A stretch of DNA of 59,475 nt, filler included, from an uncultured bacterium (lineage in GTDB: Bacteria; UBP4; UBA4092): assembly GCA_964644695.1 (NCBI GenBank). It is 3 parts of 3 records of this genome, joined end to end, with 100 filler letters (N's around TTAATTAATTAA, not from the genome) between each part and the next. Parts side by side here need not be neighbours in the genome. Positions count along the whole stretch, not along the records: positions 1 to 21,537 come from CAZXWN010000021.1; 2 more parts are not named here. The stretch is one strand, 5' to 3'. Below the pieces are notes generated by a model, which had not been told where the DNA came from, ran no database searches, and saw only the letters and a list, made by a program, of their open reading frames with translations. Position numbers and translations under genes: made by a program. This document shows positions 1-9,451 of the stretch, piece by piece; positions within the stretch are counted from its first letter, which is position 1; each line of letters starts with the position of its first letter.

Positions 1-56
1 TCCGTGAAGGTGGTCGTACCGTGGGTGCTGGCGTCGTTCACGAAATCCTTAAGTAA
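1..56 (+). CDS. tuf: Elongation factor Tu, 3' end (partial)
   Basis: Frame reads REGGRTVGAGVVHEILK* (stop 54-56), the conserved EF-Tu C-terminus; lies upstream of tRNA-Trp/secE/nusG. Confidence 0.93.
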   Translation, partial: REGGRTVGAGVVHEILK

Positions 57-133
57 TTAAAATAAGCCATGGATAGAAAAAACATTTTATCCTGGTTTAC
101 TTTTGTAGCGGTATTGTATTAAAATGTAATGGT

Positions 134-170
134 GCCGGCTTATCCTGACCTGTAGGGTAAGCCGGTTTTT
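134..170 (+). terminator. Intrinsic terminator after tuf
   Basis: GCCGGCTTATCCT/AGGGTAAGCCGGT stem followed by TTTT. Confidence 0.7.
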
Positions 171-287
171 CCCCGCAATAACAGGGCGGTCTTGGAAAGC
201 GTTATTTCCCTTGACCGGAAAAGATCTAGCGATAGCGAAGTTAGCGGTATAAAAGCCGTTGATTTCCTGAAAAAGGTATCACAGCGT

Positions 288-364
288 AGGCCAGTAGCTC
301 CAATTGGTAGAGCGCCGGTCTCCAAAACCGGGTGTTGGGGGTTCGAATCCCTCCTGGCCTGCCA
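288..364 (+). tRNA. tRNA-Trp (CCA)
   Basis: Acceptor AGGCCAG/CTGGCCT, anticodon arm CCGGT-CTCCAAA-ACCGG, T-loop GTTCGAATC, encoded 3' CCA; usual position before secE. Confidence 0.97.
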
Positions 365-424
365 TTACTTTTCTCTGCTATTTCCTGAAGGGACAAGTTT
401 CCACAAAAAAGGGAATCATCTACA

Positions 425-619
425 ATGACTTTTATGGAAAAAACAAAACAGTTTTTCAGTGAAGTGAAAACCGAACTGAACAAAGTTACATGGCCGGATC
501 GTAAGAGCATTATTGGTGCAACCACTGTAGTCTGTGTGACGGTTGTTATCGTGGTCGCAATGATTTGGGCTGTAGACTTAGTATTCTCACACCTCTTGGG
601 TTTGGTATTCACCCGATAA
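425..619 (+). CDS. secE: Preprotein translocase subunit SecE
   Basis: FFSEVKTELNKVTWP motif plus one TM helix; between tRNA-Trp and nusG. Confidence 0.95.
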   Translation: MTFMEKTKQFFSEVKTELNKVTWPDRKSIIGATTVVCVTVVIVVAMIWAVDLVFSHLLGLVFTR

Positions 620-640
620 ACTTCTTTAAGGATAAATAAC

Positions 641-1219
641 ATGGCAAAGAACTGGTTTGTGATACACACTTATTCGGGACATGAGAATAAGGTTAAAACC
701 AATATCGAAAAGAAGATGAATCAGGCCGTCCAAGAAGGCGGTATGCAAGGTTTTGTGGCTCAGGTCATCATTCCTTCTGAAACTGTTGCGGAAATCCGTG
801 ATGGAAAACGCGTTACAATGACCCGGAAAGTCTATCCCGGTTATGTCATGTTGGAAATGGACCTTCCCGAAGGATCTGGTGCTGACCATGACTTATTCAT
901 TCAGGAACTGTATCAGAAAGTTCGGGATATTCCTGGTGTGACGGGATTCCTGGGTACAGTCACTAAACCGGTACCTCTTCGTCAGGAAGAAGTCGACAGT
1001 ATTCTGGCTCAGGCCCGGGGTGACGCTACCAAGAAACCCAAAGCCAAAGAATCCTACAATCTGGGTGAGAAAGTTAAAGTTATTGAAGGTGCCTTTGCCA
1101 ACTTTAATGGTGAAGTTACTGAGTTTAATGAAGAAAAAGGTAAACTCACCGTCACCATTTCAATCTTTGGACGACCCACTCCCTTGGAACTGGATGTGTT
1201 CCAAGTGGAAAGAATCTAA
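641..1219 (+). CDS. nusG: Transcription termination/antitermination factor NusG
   Basis: WFVIHTYSGHENKVK, YPGYV, KOW domain, IFGRPTPLEL. Confidence 0.97.
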   Translation: MAKNWFVIHTYSGHENKVKTNIEKKMNQAVQEGGMQGFVAQVIIPSETVAEIRDGKRVTMTRKVYPGYVMLEMDLPEGSGADHDLFIQELYQKVRDIPGVTGFLGTVTKPVPLRQEEVDSILAQARGDATKKPKAKESYNLGEKVKVIEGAFANFNGEVTEFNEEKGKLTVTISIFGRPTPLELDVFQVERI

Positions 1220-1302
1220 ATTAATTAGTTACGCACTCTGAGGGCTTTTGTGGAAAGCTTTCAAATGCGTCCTGACGGACGCCATAGAGGAGATAAATAG
1301 TT

Positions 1303-1734
1303 ATGCCGCCGAAAAAGAAAATACAGGCACTCGTAAAACTGCAAGTTCCTGGTGGAGCTGCTAACCCAGCACCTCCGATTGGACCTGCTCTTGGTCAGCA
1401 GGGCATTAACATTATGGAGTTCTGTAAGCAGTTTAATGCCAAGACTCAAGATAAACCCGGAATGGTCATTCCAGTTATAGTGACTGTTTATGCCGATCGG
1501 TCTTTCACTTTTGAATTAAAGACCCCACCCGTTTCTGCTTTATTGAAAAAGACCTGCAACATTGCCAAAGGTTCTGGCTTAAACCTGAAAACCAAAGTTG
1601 CCAAAGTGACTAAGGCTCAGGTAAAAGAAATTGCTCAAATGAAAATGTCTGATTTGAATTGCCATAAAATAGAATCTGCCATGAAACTGGTAGAAGGTAC
1701 TGCTCATTCAATGGGCATTGATGTAATTCCCTAA
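1303..1734 (+). CDS. rplK: 50S ribosomal protein L11
   Basis: [29 protein letters not shown]. Confidence 0.98.
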   Translation: MPPKKKIQALVKLQVPGGAANPAPPIGPALGQQGINIMEFCKQFNAKTQDKPGMVIPVIVTVYADRSFTFELKTPPVSALLKKTCNIAKGSGLNLKTKVAKVTKAQVKEIAQMKMSDLNCHKIESAMKLVEGTAHSMGIDVIP

Positions 1735-1788
1735 ATTTATCAATAAATAACCCGAAGCGTCCGAAAAGGACAGCCCCGTAAAGGGGGT

Positions 1789-1826
1789 TTGGGAGTCCCG
1801 GTGAAAATCTGGGGCGTTACTACCAA
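1789..1826 (+). promoter_or_regulatory. Putative L1-binding autoregulatory RNA element upstream of rplA
   Basis: TTGG-GAG-[TCCCGG..CTGGGG stem]-CGTTACTA-CCAA: two helices around an asymmetric internal loop, abutting the rplA RBS. Confidence 0.6.
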
Positions 1827-1836
1827 GGAGGATATT

Positions 1837-2547
1837 ATGAAGAAACATTCTAAACGTTATCTGGCAGCTGCCAAACTGGTTGATCCTGCCAAAACCTACT
1901 CTGTGGCCGAAGCGGCAGAATTATTAAAAAAGACCGCTACCGCCAAATTCCCCGAAACAGTTGAATTAGCTGTTAAACTTGGTGTTGATGCCAAGCAGGC
2001 TGATCAGCAGGTTCGTGCCACTGTAACCCTTCCCTTTGGAACTGGTAAGACAGTTCGCGTTCTTGTTTTTGCTTCTGGTGAGAAGATTAAAGAAGCTGAA
2101 GAAGCAGGTGCTGTTAAGGCCGGTGGTCTTGATTTAGTGGCTGAAGTTCAGGCTGGTTTCCTGGATTTTGATATTGCAATTTCCACCCCAGACATGATGC
2201 GTGAAGTCGGTAAGCTCGGTAAAGTTCTTGGACCTCGGGGTTTGATGCCAAATCCGAAAGCCGGTACTGTGACCATGAATATCGCTCAGGCCGTCAAAGA
2301 CTTCCAGGGTGGTAAGATTGAATTCCGTACCGATAAAAATGGTACGATTACCGTTCCGGTTGGAAAGACTTCTTTTGAAGTCGCCAATATTTATGGCAAT
2401 TTGAAAGCTGTTTTAGAAGCTATCATTCGTGCCAAACCGGCAGCCTGCAAAGGAACTTACCTGAAAGCCGCGACCGTGGCAACTACCATGGGTCCTGGAA
2501 TTTCTCTGGATTCTTCCAAGCTGCAGTCTGTTGCTGCTCTGGGTTAA
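1837..2547 (+). CDS. rplA: 50S ribosomal protein L1
   Basis: [34 protein letters not shown] 1837 after AGGAGG chosen over the ORF-track start 1789. Confidence 0.98.
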   Translation: MKKHSKRYLAAAKLVDPAKTYSVAEAAELLKKTATAKFPETVELAVKLGVDAKQADQQVRATVTLPFGTGKTVRVLVFASGEKIKEAEEAGAVKAGGLDLVAEVQAGFLDFDIAISTPDMMREVGKLGKVLGPRGLMPNPKAGTVTMNIAQAVKDFQGGKIEFRTDKNGTITVPVGKTSFEVANIYGNLKAVLEAIIRAKPAACKGTYLKAATVATTMGPGISLDSSKLQSVAALG

Positions 2548-2573
2548 TTTTACCCTTTAATTACGAATTTAAT

Positions 2574-2613
2574 AACCGCCAGTTCATCCTTTGGATGGAT
2601 TGGCGGTTTTGTT
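2574..2613 (+). terminator. Intrinsic terminator after rplA
   Basis: AACCGCCAGTTCATCC/GGATGGATTGGCGGTT stem then TTGTT. Confidence 0.75.
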
Positions 2614-2755
2614 ATAAATATCCATTGAAGGCCTTGTTTTATGAGGGTGTTTCAATTGTACCTAAGTGGTGGACACCCCTAGGACATTTTGTAGGGGAAG
2701 ATAATGAGACTACTGGCGAGATGCCAGGATGATATTTTGAAAATTTAATAACAGT

Positions 2756-3253
2756 TTATTTTGCAACGGAGATTGAACTAGAAGCTTGGGCTGTTTTAAC
2801 AGGTTCTTTCTTCATGTCTGGAGATTTATCTTCTAGTTTGATATTGGCGTTCTGAATCTGGATAGGAGCTTTCATGTCTAATGATAGTGGGTTAGCGGCC
2901 AGAGACTCCATTACTATTTCCTGATCCTCTTTCGCTTTACTGGGTGAGTAAGGATTCATCAGGATTGTTGGTTTTTCCATTTTTCGGGTGGTACCACCAT
3001 AACGGATATGAGCTTGTTTCAGAGTGGAAGCAGATTTTCCGCTTTGATAATTTTCAGTAAAGGAAACATGTGCAGATATTTTATCCGTCATATATATATT
3101 CAAAGTCAGATTTGTTTCAACAGAAATGCCATCTTCTAATTTGTTAGAAGTTTGACCCATGACCTGTACTGATCCAGAGGGAACAATAGTAATATCGGCA
3201 CTGGCCAAAGAATAAATGCAACATATTGTGAGAAATAGAATTTTCTTAATCAT
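2756..3253 (-). CDS. Secreted hypothetical protein
   Basis: 165 aa; N-terminal signal peptide (MIKKILFLTICCIYSLASA); amphipathic beta-strand-like segments. Confidence 0.6.
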   Translation of the reverse strand: MIKKILFLTICCIYSLASADITIVPSGSVQVMGQTSNKLEDGISVETNLTLNIYMTDKISAHVSFTENYQSGKSASTLKQAHIRYGGTTRKMEKPTILMNPYSPSKAKEDQEIVMESLAANPLSLDMKAPIQIQNANIKLEDKSPDMKKEPVKTAQASSSISVAK

Positions 3254-3317
3254 AACTCCATTATATTGAAAAAAGGTTTAAAGTAAAGCTGTTGTGGATT
3301 GATTTAGATGGGATATT

Positions 3318-4400
3318 TCAGTGTAGATATTTTGTATTGGCAATTAATTGTTCCAAATGTTCTTGAACAATCGATGAAGTAATCCCTGTCATACAAGTCT
3401 GTTCTTTTTTAGGACAAGATGTATTACGACAAGGGGCACAATCTACATTCAAATGGAGATGGGTGCTTTGGGGTCCTAATGGTTTCAAGTAGTCAGGACT
3501 GGTGGGTCCAAAAAGAATCAATGTGGGTCTGCCTAATATCCAGGCCAAATGCAGAGGACCTGTATCATGGCCAAAGACTAATGCGGCCTGCTTCAATAAA
3601 CCTGCTGTTTCACTCAGATTCAGTTTGCCAGAGAGGTCAGCAATGGGTTGTTCTAGATACTCTTGAGTTTCCAGATTTGTGGGGATATCAGCTTCTGTCC
3701 CGATAAAAACAACAAAAAAACCATGCCGAGTCTGAAGATATCTGATGATTTCTGCTATCCGGACCGGGAACCATCTTTTAGAAGACCATCGAGCTCCTGT
3801 ATGGATGACCGCAATGGGTTGCTTGGTCCATCCAGACTGTTCTAACAAACTCCGTATATGATTTTGCTGTGTGGTGGTTATTTCTAATGAAATGGGACTA
3901 AATGACCATGGGGTATCTGGATTTTTCTGGTCGTGACATTGAGCCCAGGCTTGGTCAGCCAGATAAATGTATTGTGATAAAACGTGAGTGCAATCAGAAG
4001 GAAGTGTCACCTTGTGGGTATAAAATATAGGGCTTCCCTCCCGTGAATGGGAAAACCCAATTCTATAAGGCGCGCCAGTTACACCGGTTAAGAGCCCTGA
4101 TCTTAAAAGCCCCTGATAATCCAGAACTAAATCATATTTTTGTTTACGGAGCTCTTTTGCTAACTGCCAGAGCCGATCCAGTCCCCTGAACTGTCCGAAG
4201 GATTTACGATCAAAAGGAATGATTTTTCTAATTCCAGGGTGTCCTTCCAGGAGTGAAACATAGGGTGTATTGACTAGCCAGTCAATTTTGGCATCCGGAA
4301 ATAGTACCCCCAACCTCTCTAATGCAGGCAGGGTATGTATGATATCACCCAGTGAACTAGGTTTAATTATCAAAATCTGATTAATGGAGTGTCCGGTCAT
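3318..4400 (-). CDS. GT9 family LPS heptosyltransferase (WaaC/WaaF-like)
   Basis: ILIIKPSSLGDIIH, DYQGLLRS, DTGPLHLA, LFGPT; ATG at 4400 overlaps the upstream stop (TAATG). Confidence 0.92.
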   Translation of the reverse strand: MTGHSINQILIIKPSSLGDIIHTLPALERLGVLFPDAKIDWLVNTPYVSLLEGHPGIRKIIPFDRKSFGQFRGLDRLWQLAKELRKQKYDLVLDYQGLLRSGLLTGVTGAPYRIGFSHSREGSPIFYTHKVTLPSDCTHVLSQYIYLADQAWAQCHDQKNPDTPWSFSPISLEITTTQQNHIRSLLEQSGWTKQPIAVIHTGARWSSKRWFPVRIAEIIRYLQTRHGFFVVFIGTEADIPTNLETQEYLEQPIADLSGKLNLSETAGLLKQAALVFGHDTGPLHLAWILGRPTLILFGPTSPDYLKPLGPQSTHLHLNVDCAPCRNTSCPKKEQTCMTGITSSIVQEHLEQLIANTKYLH

Positions 4401-5287
4401 TAAGGATGAGTCTCCGGGAGAGGAGGTCCGGGTTTTCCCCATCTCCGATGGAACCAGAAATATTGATCAGGATACTCTCGAATTCTCTGCTGCAATGATT
4501 CCTGCATAAATTTGGTCAATCGCAGAATTTCCTCACGCTCAGGCGCTTCCTGGTTAGGATAAAGGGGCTCTTCAATATGAATATCATAATACTGACCGTC
4601 TCTGCGGATAAAGTAGCAGGGAATGACGGGAGCGCCGGATTTATAGGCACAAAAGGCTGGGCCTTCAAAACATCGGGCGGGATAACCAAAGAAAGGAAGC
4701 TCAATTGAATTAGTGGAGGCTGATTGATCAACCACAAAGGCGACCAATTTACCTTCTTTGAGTGCATTTACAACGGGGCGGATAGAATACTTGGATGATA
4801 TGATCTGGAGCCCATGGGCTTTTCGGATATTATTTAACCACGAATCGACTTTTCGGTTATGGAGAGGACGCGCGTAGGCATAGCAGTCATACTTTTGAAG
4901 TGCCATGATAGTTCCCGCTATTTCCCAGTTTCCAAAATGTCCTGTGGAAAAGACAATCCCTTTTCCTTTAGCGACCTCTCTGCGGAAGATTTCTTCACCG
5001 TAAACATTAAAGAAAGGGCGTTGTTCTTCCATTTTGATTTTTGGTAACCTCATTAACTCGAGTAACAATAAAGCAAAATGGCGGTAAGTATTGCGGGCAA
5101 GGATAGTTAATTGTTCCTGGGTTTTCTCTTTACCAAAACAGAACTTCAAGTTTCGTTCAACGACATCTCGCCGGATTTTAATTAAATCAAATAACAACCA
5201 TGCCAGAAATTGAGCAAATTTCTCACAGGCTGACCAAGATAATCGTTGAATAACCCAAGCGATAGTTTTCAATAAGAATACAAGCAT
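4400..5287 (-). CDS. Lipid A late acyltransferase (LpxL/HtrB family)
   Basis: GHFGNWE, VDQ, PFFG, PDQYFWFHRRW motifs. Confidence 0.92.
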   Translation of the reverse strand: MLVFLLKTIAWVIQRLSWSACEKFAQFLAWLLFDLIKIRRDVVERNLKFCFGKEKTQEQLTILARNTYRHFALLLLELMRLPKIKMEEQRPFFNVYGEEIFRREVAKGKGIVFSTGHFGNWEIAGTIMALQKYDCYAYARPLHNRKVDSWLNNIRKAHGLQIISSKYSIRPVVNALKEGKLVAFVVDQSASTNSIELPFFGYPARCFEGPAFCAYKSGAPVIPCYFIRRDGQYYDIHIEEPLYPNQEAPEREEILRLTKFMQESLQQRIREYPDQYFWFHRRWGKPGPPLPETHP

Positions 5288-5308
5288 TACTTAATAAAAT
5301 AACATACC

Positions 5309-6568
5309 CTAGCGATTCAGGCAGCCTCCATACTGGTTTAAATAATGTTTTAAAGGATTTTCCGGATGAGAGCGGCTTCTGTTTTTCCAAATCAAAGATT
5401 CGCCAAACAGCCAGTATTTACGGGTTATTTCTTCCCAGTTACACATACTTGATCGTATGTATTCTAATCCCTTTTCGCTCCATATTTTTTTCTGATCAGG
5501 ATTAGTTAATAACTGGCTGACATGGTTTCCCAAATCCTGGCTGTCATGATACCAAGTCCCTCCGCCAGAGCGGAGAACTTGTGCTCTAGTTACTTCACAA
5601 TAGGCATTGACTAACACTGGAGTCCCTTGTGCCCAACTTTCCAGCAGAACGATAGAAAGGCTTTCTTTTTGTGAGGGATTAATTAGCGCTAATGCTCCAG
5701 AAATTGCAGATTGTTTTATTTCTTCATCAACATAACCGGTAATTAAAACCCCTTTGGGTATCTCAGGCATTTGATCTTCAGGTTCCCCAATGAAGACTAA
5801 GGTGACCTGTTCTGGAAGATGAGACCGGAAAGAATTAAACATTTTCAGTAATTCACTACATCCTTTGGCATTATTAATTCTGCCAATATAAAGTAAGTAA
5901 GGATTGTTGATATTGAAAGTTGTTTTGAACAAATCAGGCTGTGTTGTGGAAATAGAATCAATACCAAACCCCATGATGTCCCAGTCGGCTGAAAGTGGCC
6001 CATGTACCTTTTGAACCAGAAGCATATCCTCAGGAGTATGAAACACTATTCCTGGTATTGAATGGAATAATTGCCGATACACAGGAAAATATAAATAGGG
6101 CTCATTGTGGGCCATTGGAACCAAAATTGATCTATCAGCGACCGGAGCTGTTCCGAATATGCTTGTTGCCCAGAGGTATCCAAAGAAAAGGAAAAAATCA
6201 TAATTGTCTCTGTTTTGTTGGAGATATAAAGGGATTTCTGGCATCCACGGTCCCATTTCTTTGAGCATGGATAAATCAGATCCGGGAATATAAGGATTTG
6301 AAAATGCCAGATTACTGGACAGTACTATTTTTTCTGGATTTGATGGTGATTGTTGAAATCGACGAATTTTATATCCATTGGAAGAAGTACTTAGACCTGG
6401 TTCGTAGTCCATAGACCATGTGTGATAGGAATTGCTACATGAAGTTAAGAACTCAATATCCCAATAAGGGGCCAATTTTTGAGCTAGTTTTTGGGCATAA
6501 ACTTCCTGTCCCCCCTGATTTATATCAGATAATCGACCAATGACAAATCCAACTTTTCTGCGTATCAT
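5309..6568 (-). CDS. GT4 family glycosyltransferase
   Basis: LYIGRINNAKG, NPSQKESLSIVLLESWAQGTPVLV. Confidence 0.88.
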   Translation of the reverse strand: MIRRKVGFVIGRLSDINQGGQEVYAQKLAQKLAPYWDIEFLTSCSNSYHTWSMDYEPGLSTSSNGYKIRRFQQSPSNPEKIVLSSNLAFSNPYIPGSDLSMLKEMGPWMPEIPLYLQQNRDNYDFFLFFGYLWATSIFGTAPVADRSILVPMAHNEPYLYFPVYRQLFHSIPGIVFHTPEDMLLVQKVHGPLSADWDIMGFGIDSISTTQPDLFKTTFNINNPYLLYIGRINNAKGCSELLKMFNSFRSHLPEQVTLVFIGEPEDQMPEIPKGVLITGYVDEEIKQSAISGALALINPSQKESLSIVLLESWAQGTPVLVNAYCEVTRAQVLRSGGGTWYHDSQDLGNHVSQLLTNPDQKKIWSEKGLEYIRSSMCNWEEITRKYWLFGESLIWKNRSRSHPENPLKHYLNQYGGCLNR

Positions 6569-8118
6569 ATTTTTTCTAGATTCCCAGTATCAGCTGTTGA
6601 AACAAATCCCCATAGAACCCAATAGAGGAACATGAATTCATAGAGTACAAGTGGATGATTAGCTATGCATCCAATCAAAAGGCTTATTTGTGAAATAATA
6701 ACTCCCCAAACTAAGAAGGTATCAGTAGAAGTTCCAAGAGCATTTATTGTTCCTATTGAGCTGCGAATCATTAGGCCCATAACGATAATCCATAACCCTA
6801 AACCAATTAATCCTGTTTCAGCAGCCCATTGTAGCATCCATGCATGTGCATTTTCATCTTCTGGGTTCCATCCTAACCGGCTTGGTTCTTTAAAAGAAGA
6901 CATGAATCGAGAATACTGTCCTAGTCCGAACCCATCAATTGGTCGGTAAAGAATCATACGGGTTCCACTGATCCAGATATTTATGCGACCATTCAGAACT
7001 TTATTGATCTTACCTTCACCCCCAAACCATTTTTCACCGGGATAAATTTTCCCTGAGGGTGAATGAAATGCAGAAACAGTTCCCAAGTAAAAGGGAATTA
7101 TAAAGACAACAATTGCCAAGAGTTGAAAAATCTGTACCAATCTAATCCGAGCTGCATCAATGTTTTTGTGGCTAGAGTAAATTAGAATTCCCCCGATAAA
7201 TAAACTACCAATCATAGAGGCTATTCCTGTTTTGGAACCGGTAAGAATTATGAATAATGATTGAATTAGAGTTAATGTCCACCAGAGATAACGTTTCTTA
7301 CATTGTTGATTCCATCCCACCATAAATGTGATTGGAAGTACCAGTGATAGATAATGTCCAAAGCTATTGGGGTCCCCAAAAGTCGAATTGACTCTCCACT
7401 GTTGTTGATCTAGCCAGAATTGCACCATTTTCCAGCCTGTAAAGTATTGCCAGGTACCTATAATTAAGGGGATGACAGAGCCTAAACTGAGGCACTTCAG
7501 CCAAAATGAGCGAGTATCTTTAATTGCAATCTGATTCTTAACCCAGAAAAATGTGATTATGGCACAACAAAGCCCCATGAGGATTCGGACACTATGGTAC
7601 CAGTCTTGTCTGTGAGCAATAAATAAGTACTCAAATTGCCCCTTCCATCCATCTGCTTCAAAGTAATAGTTAATAGCAGGAGGACTCCAAGGGAATCTGG
7701 TTCTAATAGTAGATATCAGGCCCCAGAGTAAAAGCGCTCCGATAAAGAAATGAAGTTTAGTTTTTTGTATTTTTGGATAATTATCTGATAGGAACAATCC
7801 TGCCAGCCAAGCCATATTTGCAAACAATATCCATGAGAAGGAAGGTTGATGGAGATAAAGAAAACTATCTGGAAATGGGATAAGAAAGAGTGTGAACCCT
7901 AATCCCTGGATGGGCCATCTATACCCTAAAATAAAAAAAACAATTGTTAAGGGTATCAGAATAGTCGGTACTAATTTTAAAGGACTGATCACAATTCCCA
8001 AAAAAATTAATATGATTATTCCAGTTATGCGCGCCCACCATTTCATCATATTTGTACTTATACACCTATCTATCAGTATGTGAGAGTTCATTCTAACCTG
8101 TTTCATACTCTGCGACAA
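6565..8118 (-). CDS. O-antigen ligase (WaaL/Wzy_C) family membrane protein
   Basis: Polytopic; RVNSTFGDPNSFG, TGSKTG, GRINIW, GFGLG, NAHAW...AETGLIG; start uncertain. Confidence 0.85.
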   Translation of the reverse strand: MSQSMKQVRMNSHILIDRCISTNMMKWWARITGIIILIFLGIVISPLKLVPTILIPLTIVFFILGYRWPIQGLGFTLFLIPFPDSFLYLHQPSFSWILFANMAWLAGLFLSDNYPKIQKTKLHFFIGALLLWGLISTIRTRFPWSPPAINYYFEADGWKGQFEYLFIAHRQDWYHSVRILMGLCCAIITFFWVKNQIAIKDTRSFWLKCLSLGSVIPLIIGTWQYFTGWKMVQFWLDQQQWRVNSTFGDPNSFGHYLSLVLPITFMVGWNQQCKKRYLWWTLTLIQSLFIILTGSKTGIASMIGSLFIGGILIYSSHKNIDAARIRLVQIFQLLAIVVFIIPFYLGTVSAFHSPSGKIYPGEKWFGGEGKINKVLNGRINIWISGTRMILYRPIDGFGLGQYSRFMSSFKEPSRLGWNPEDENAHAWMLQWAAETGLIGLGLWIIVMGLMIRSSIGTINALGTSTDTFLVWGVIISQISLLIGCIANHPLVLYEFMFLYWVLWGFVSTADTGNLEKI

Positions 8119-8169
8119 TGGAGAAGCTACTGCCTACCAGTACTATGGATGATATTTGGACCTAATATG

Positions 8170-8203
8170 AAAACGCTGCCGGTTTGGAGTCCGACAGCGT
8201 TTT
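8170..8203 (-). terminator. Terminator downstream of dnaN (possibly bidirectional)
   Basis: AAAACGCTGCCGG/CCGACAGCGTTTT inverted repeat. Confidence 0.65.
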
Positions 8204-8236
8204 GTAGATAAATAGATTGGTATGGAAGATTCTTAG

Positions 8237-9334
8237 TTAGGAGATTTTCATTGGCATAATAACATTGATATAGTTCTGGCTATCTGCGGGGCGGAAGACG
8301 CCAGGAGCCAAAGGTTGGTTAAATTCCAGCAACGTTTCTTCTGTTTCAATGTTTTTTAGGACATCAATAACATATTTTACGTTATAGGCAACTTGTAGAT
8401 CCTCACCTTTGTATACCACATCGAATTCATCTGTAGCATCGCCTAGTTCCGGGGTATTGGAAGCAACGATGATTTTAGCATTCATCAGTGAGAGTTTGAC
8501 CATATTGTTCTTTTCTGAGGCCAATACTGATACACGCCGGAGGGATTGAAGGAATCTTTGGGTGTTTAGAGCAATTTTCTTTTCCCTGCCGGCTGGGATG
8601 ACTTGTTCGTAATTTGGGAACTGGCCATCAATTAATCGGCTGGAGAGAATGTATTCAGCTACTTTAAAGAAAATTTGATTGTTCTTAAGAGCTATTTGAA
8701 CTTTTGGGCCAGCCTCCAAGATTCGGGATAATTGATCTATTGCTTTAGTGGGAACGATAACTCCTAGCTTTTCCTTAATGCCGGATTCAACCTTTAGTTT
8801 CATCATAGAAAGTCGGCGCCCGTCGGTAGATACTAGTCGGAGTTCATTGTCTACAGAATGGAAATATATACCATTTAAGGCATATCTTAATTCTTCAGTT
8901 GAAACGGCAATTCGAGTCTTATCCAGAAGATTTTTAAGAACAGAGGACTCAAGCTCCAATGCTGGCTCCTCTGGGAAGTCAGGCATAGGGGGGAAATCGT
9001 CAACAGACATTCCAGACAGCGAAATATGAGACCGATCGCATGAAATTTTTGCAACCTGATTCTCTATATCAAAATAAACTGGAGCATTCGGGAGTTCCCG
9101 AACAATTTCTCCGAGTTTACGAGCCGGAAGAGCAATTCCTCCTTCAGCTTCAACCATAACTGGAAAGCGGCAATCAAGTCCAATTTCCAAGTCGGTAGCC
9201 GCGCATCGGATTTCACCGGAACCAGCTTCTACCAAAATATTCGCTAAAATGGGCATTGTAGTTTTACTACTGACTGTACCTGATAATGCAGTGATGATTT
9301 TCTGCAGGTCATTTTTTTCGATGGTGATTTTCAC
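8237..9334 (-). CDS. dnaN: DNA polymerase III beta sliding clamp
   Basis: TMPILANIL, ATDLEIG, STDGRRLS, SRLIDGQFPNYEQVIP, VIMPMKI; GTG start at 9334 after GGAGGT. Confidence 0.97.
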   Translation of the reverse strand: MKITIEKNDLQKIITALSGTVSSKTTMPILANILVEAGSGEIRCAATDLEIGLDCRFPVMVEAEGGIALPARKLGEIVRELPNAPVYFDIENQVAKISCDRSHISLSGMSVDDFPPMPDFPEEPALELESSVLKNLLDKTRIAVSTEELRYALNGIYFHSVDNELRLVSTDGRRLSMMKLKVESGIKEKLGVIVPTKAIDQLSRILEAGPKVQIALKNNQIFFKVAEYILSSRLIDGQFPNYEQVIPAGREKKIALNTQRFLQSLRRVSVLASEKNNMVKLSLMNAKIIVASNTPELGDATDEFDVVYKGEDLQVAYNVKYVIDVLKNIETEETLLEFNQPLAPGVFRPADSQNYINVIMPMKIS

Positions 9335-9451
9335 CCGAACACCTCCAGCGCCAGGATGTTTATTATGACATCTTATTTTAACCGATAATCCTACTATTCG
9401 TGAGCCTGATTTGTCCACTGAAAAACCAATTTTTCTGGAAAATCTACTATA

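Noticed and set aside
140-428. ORFs 140-325(-) and 192-428(+)
   Set aside because: They overlap tRNA-Trp (and, for 140-325, the tuf terminator) and do not resemble L33 or any family I recognise.
2645-2697. TGTACCTAAGTGGTGGACACC reminiscent of an IS3-family end
   Set aside because: No transposase, partner inverted repeat or target duplication; explained by local intergenic hairpins.
9335-9451. Possible oriC upstream of dnaN
   Set aside because: Only one two-mismatch DnaA-box-like 9-mer (TTGTCCACT), a short spacer and no dnaA.
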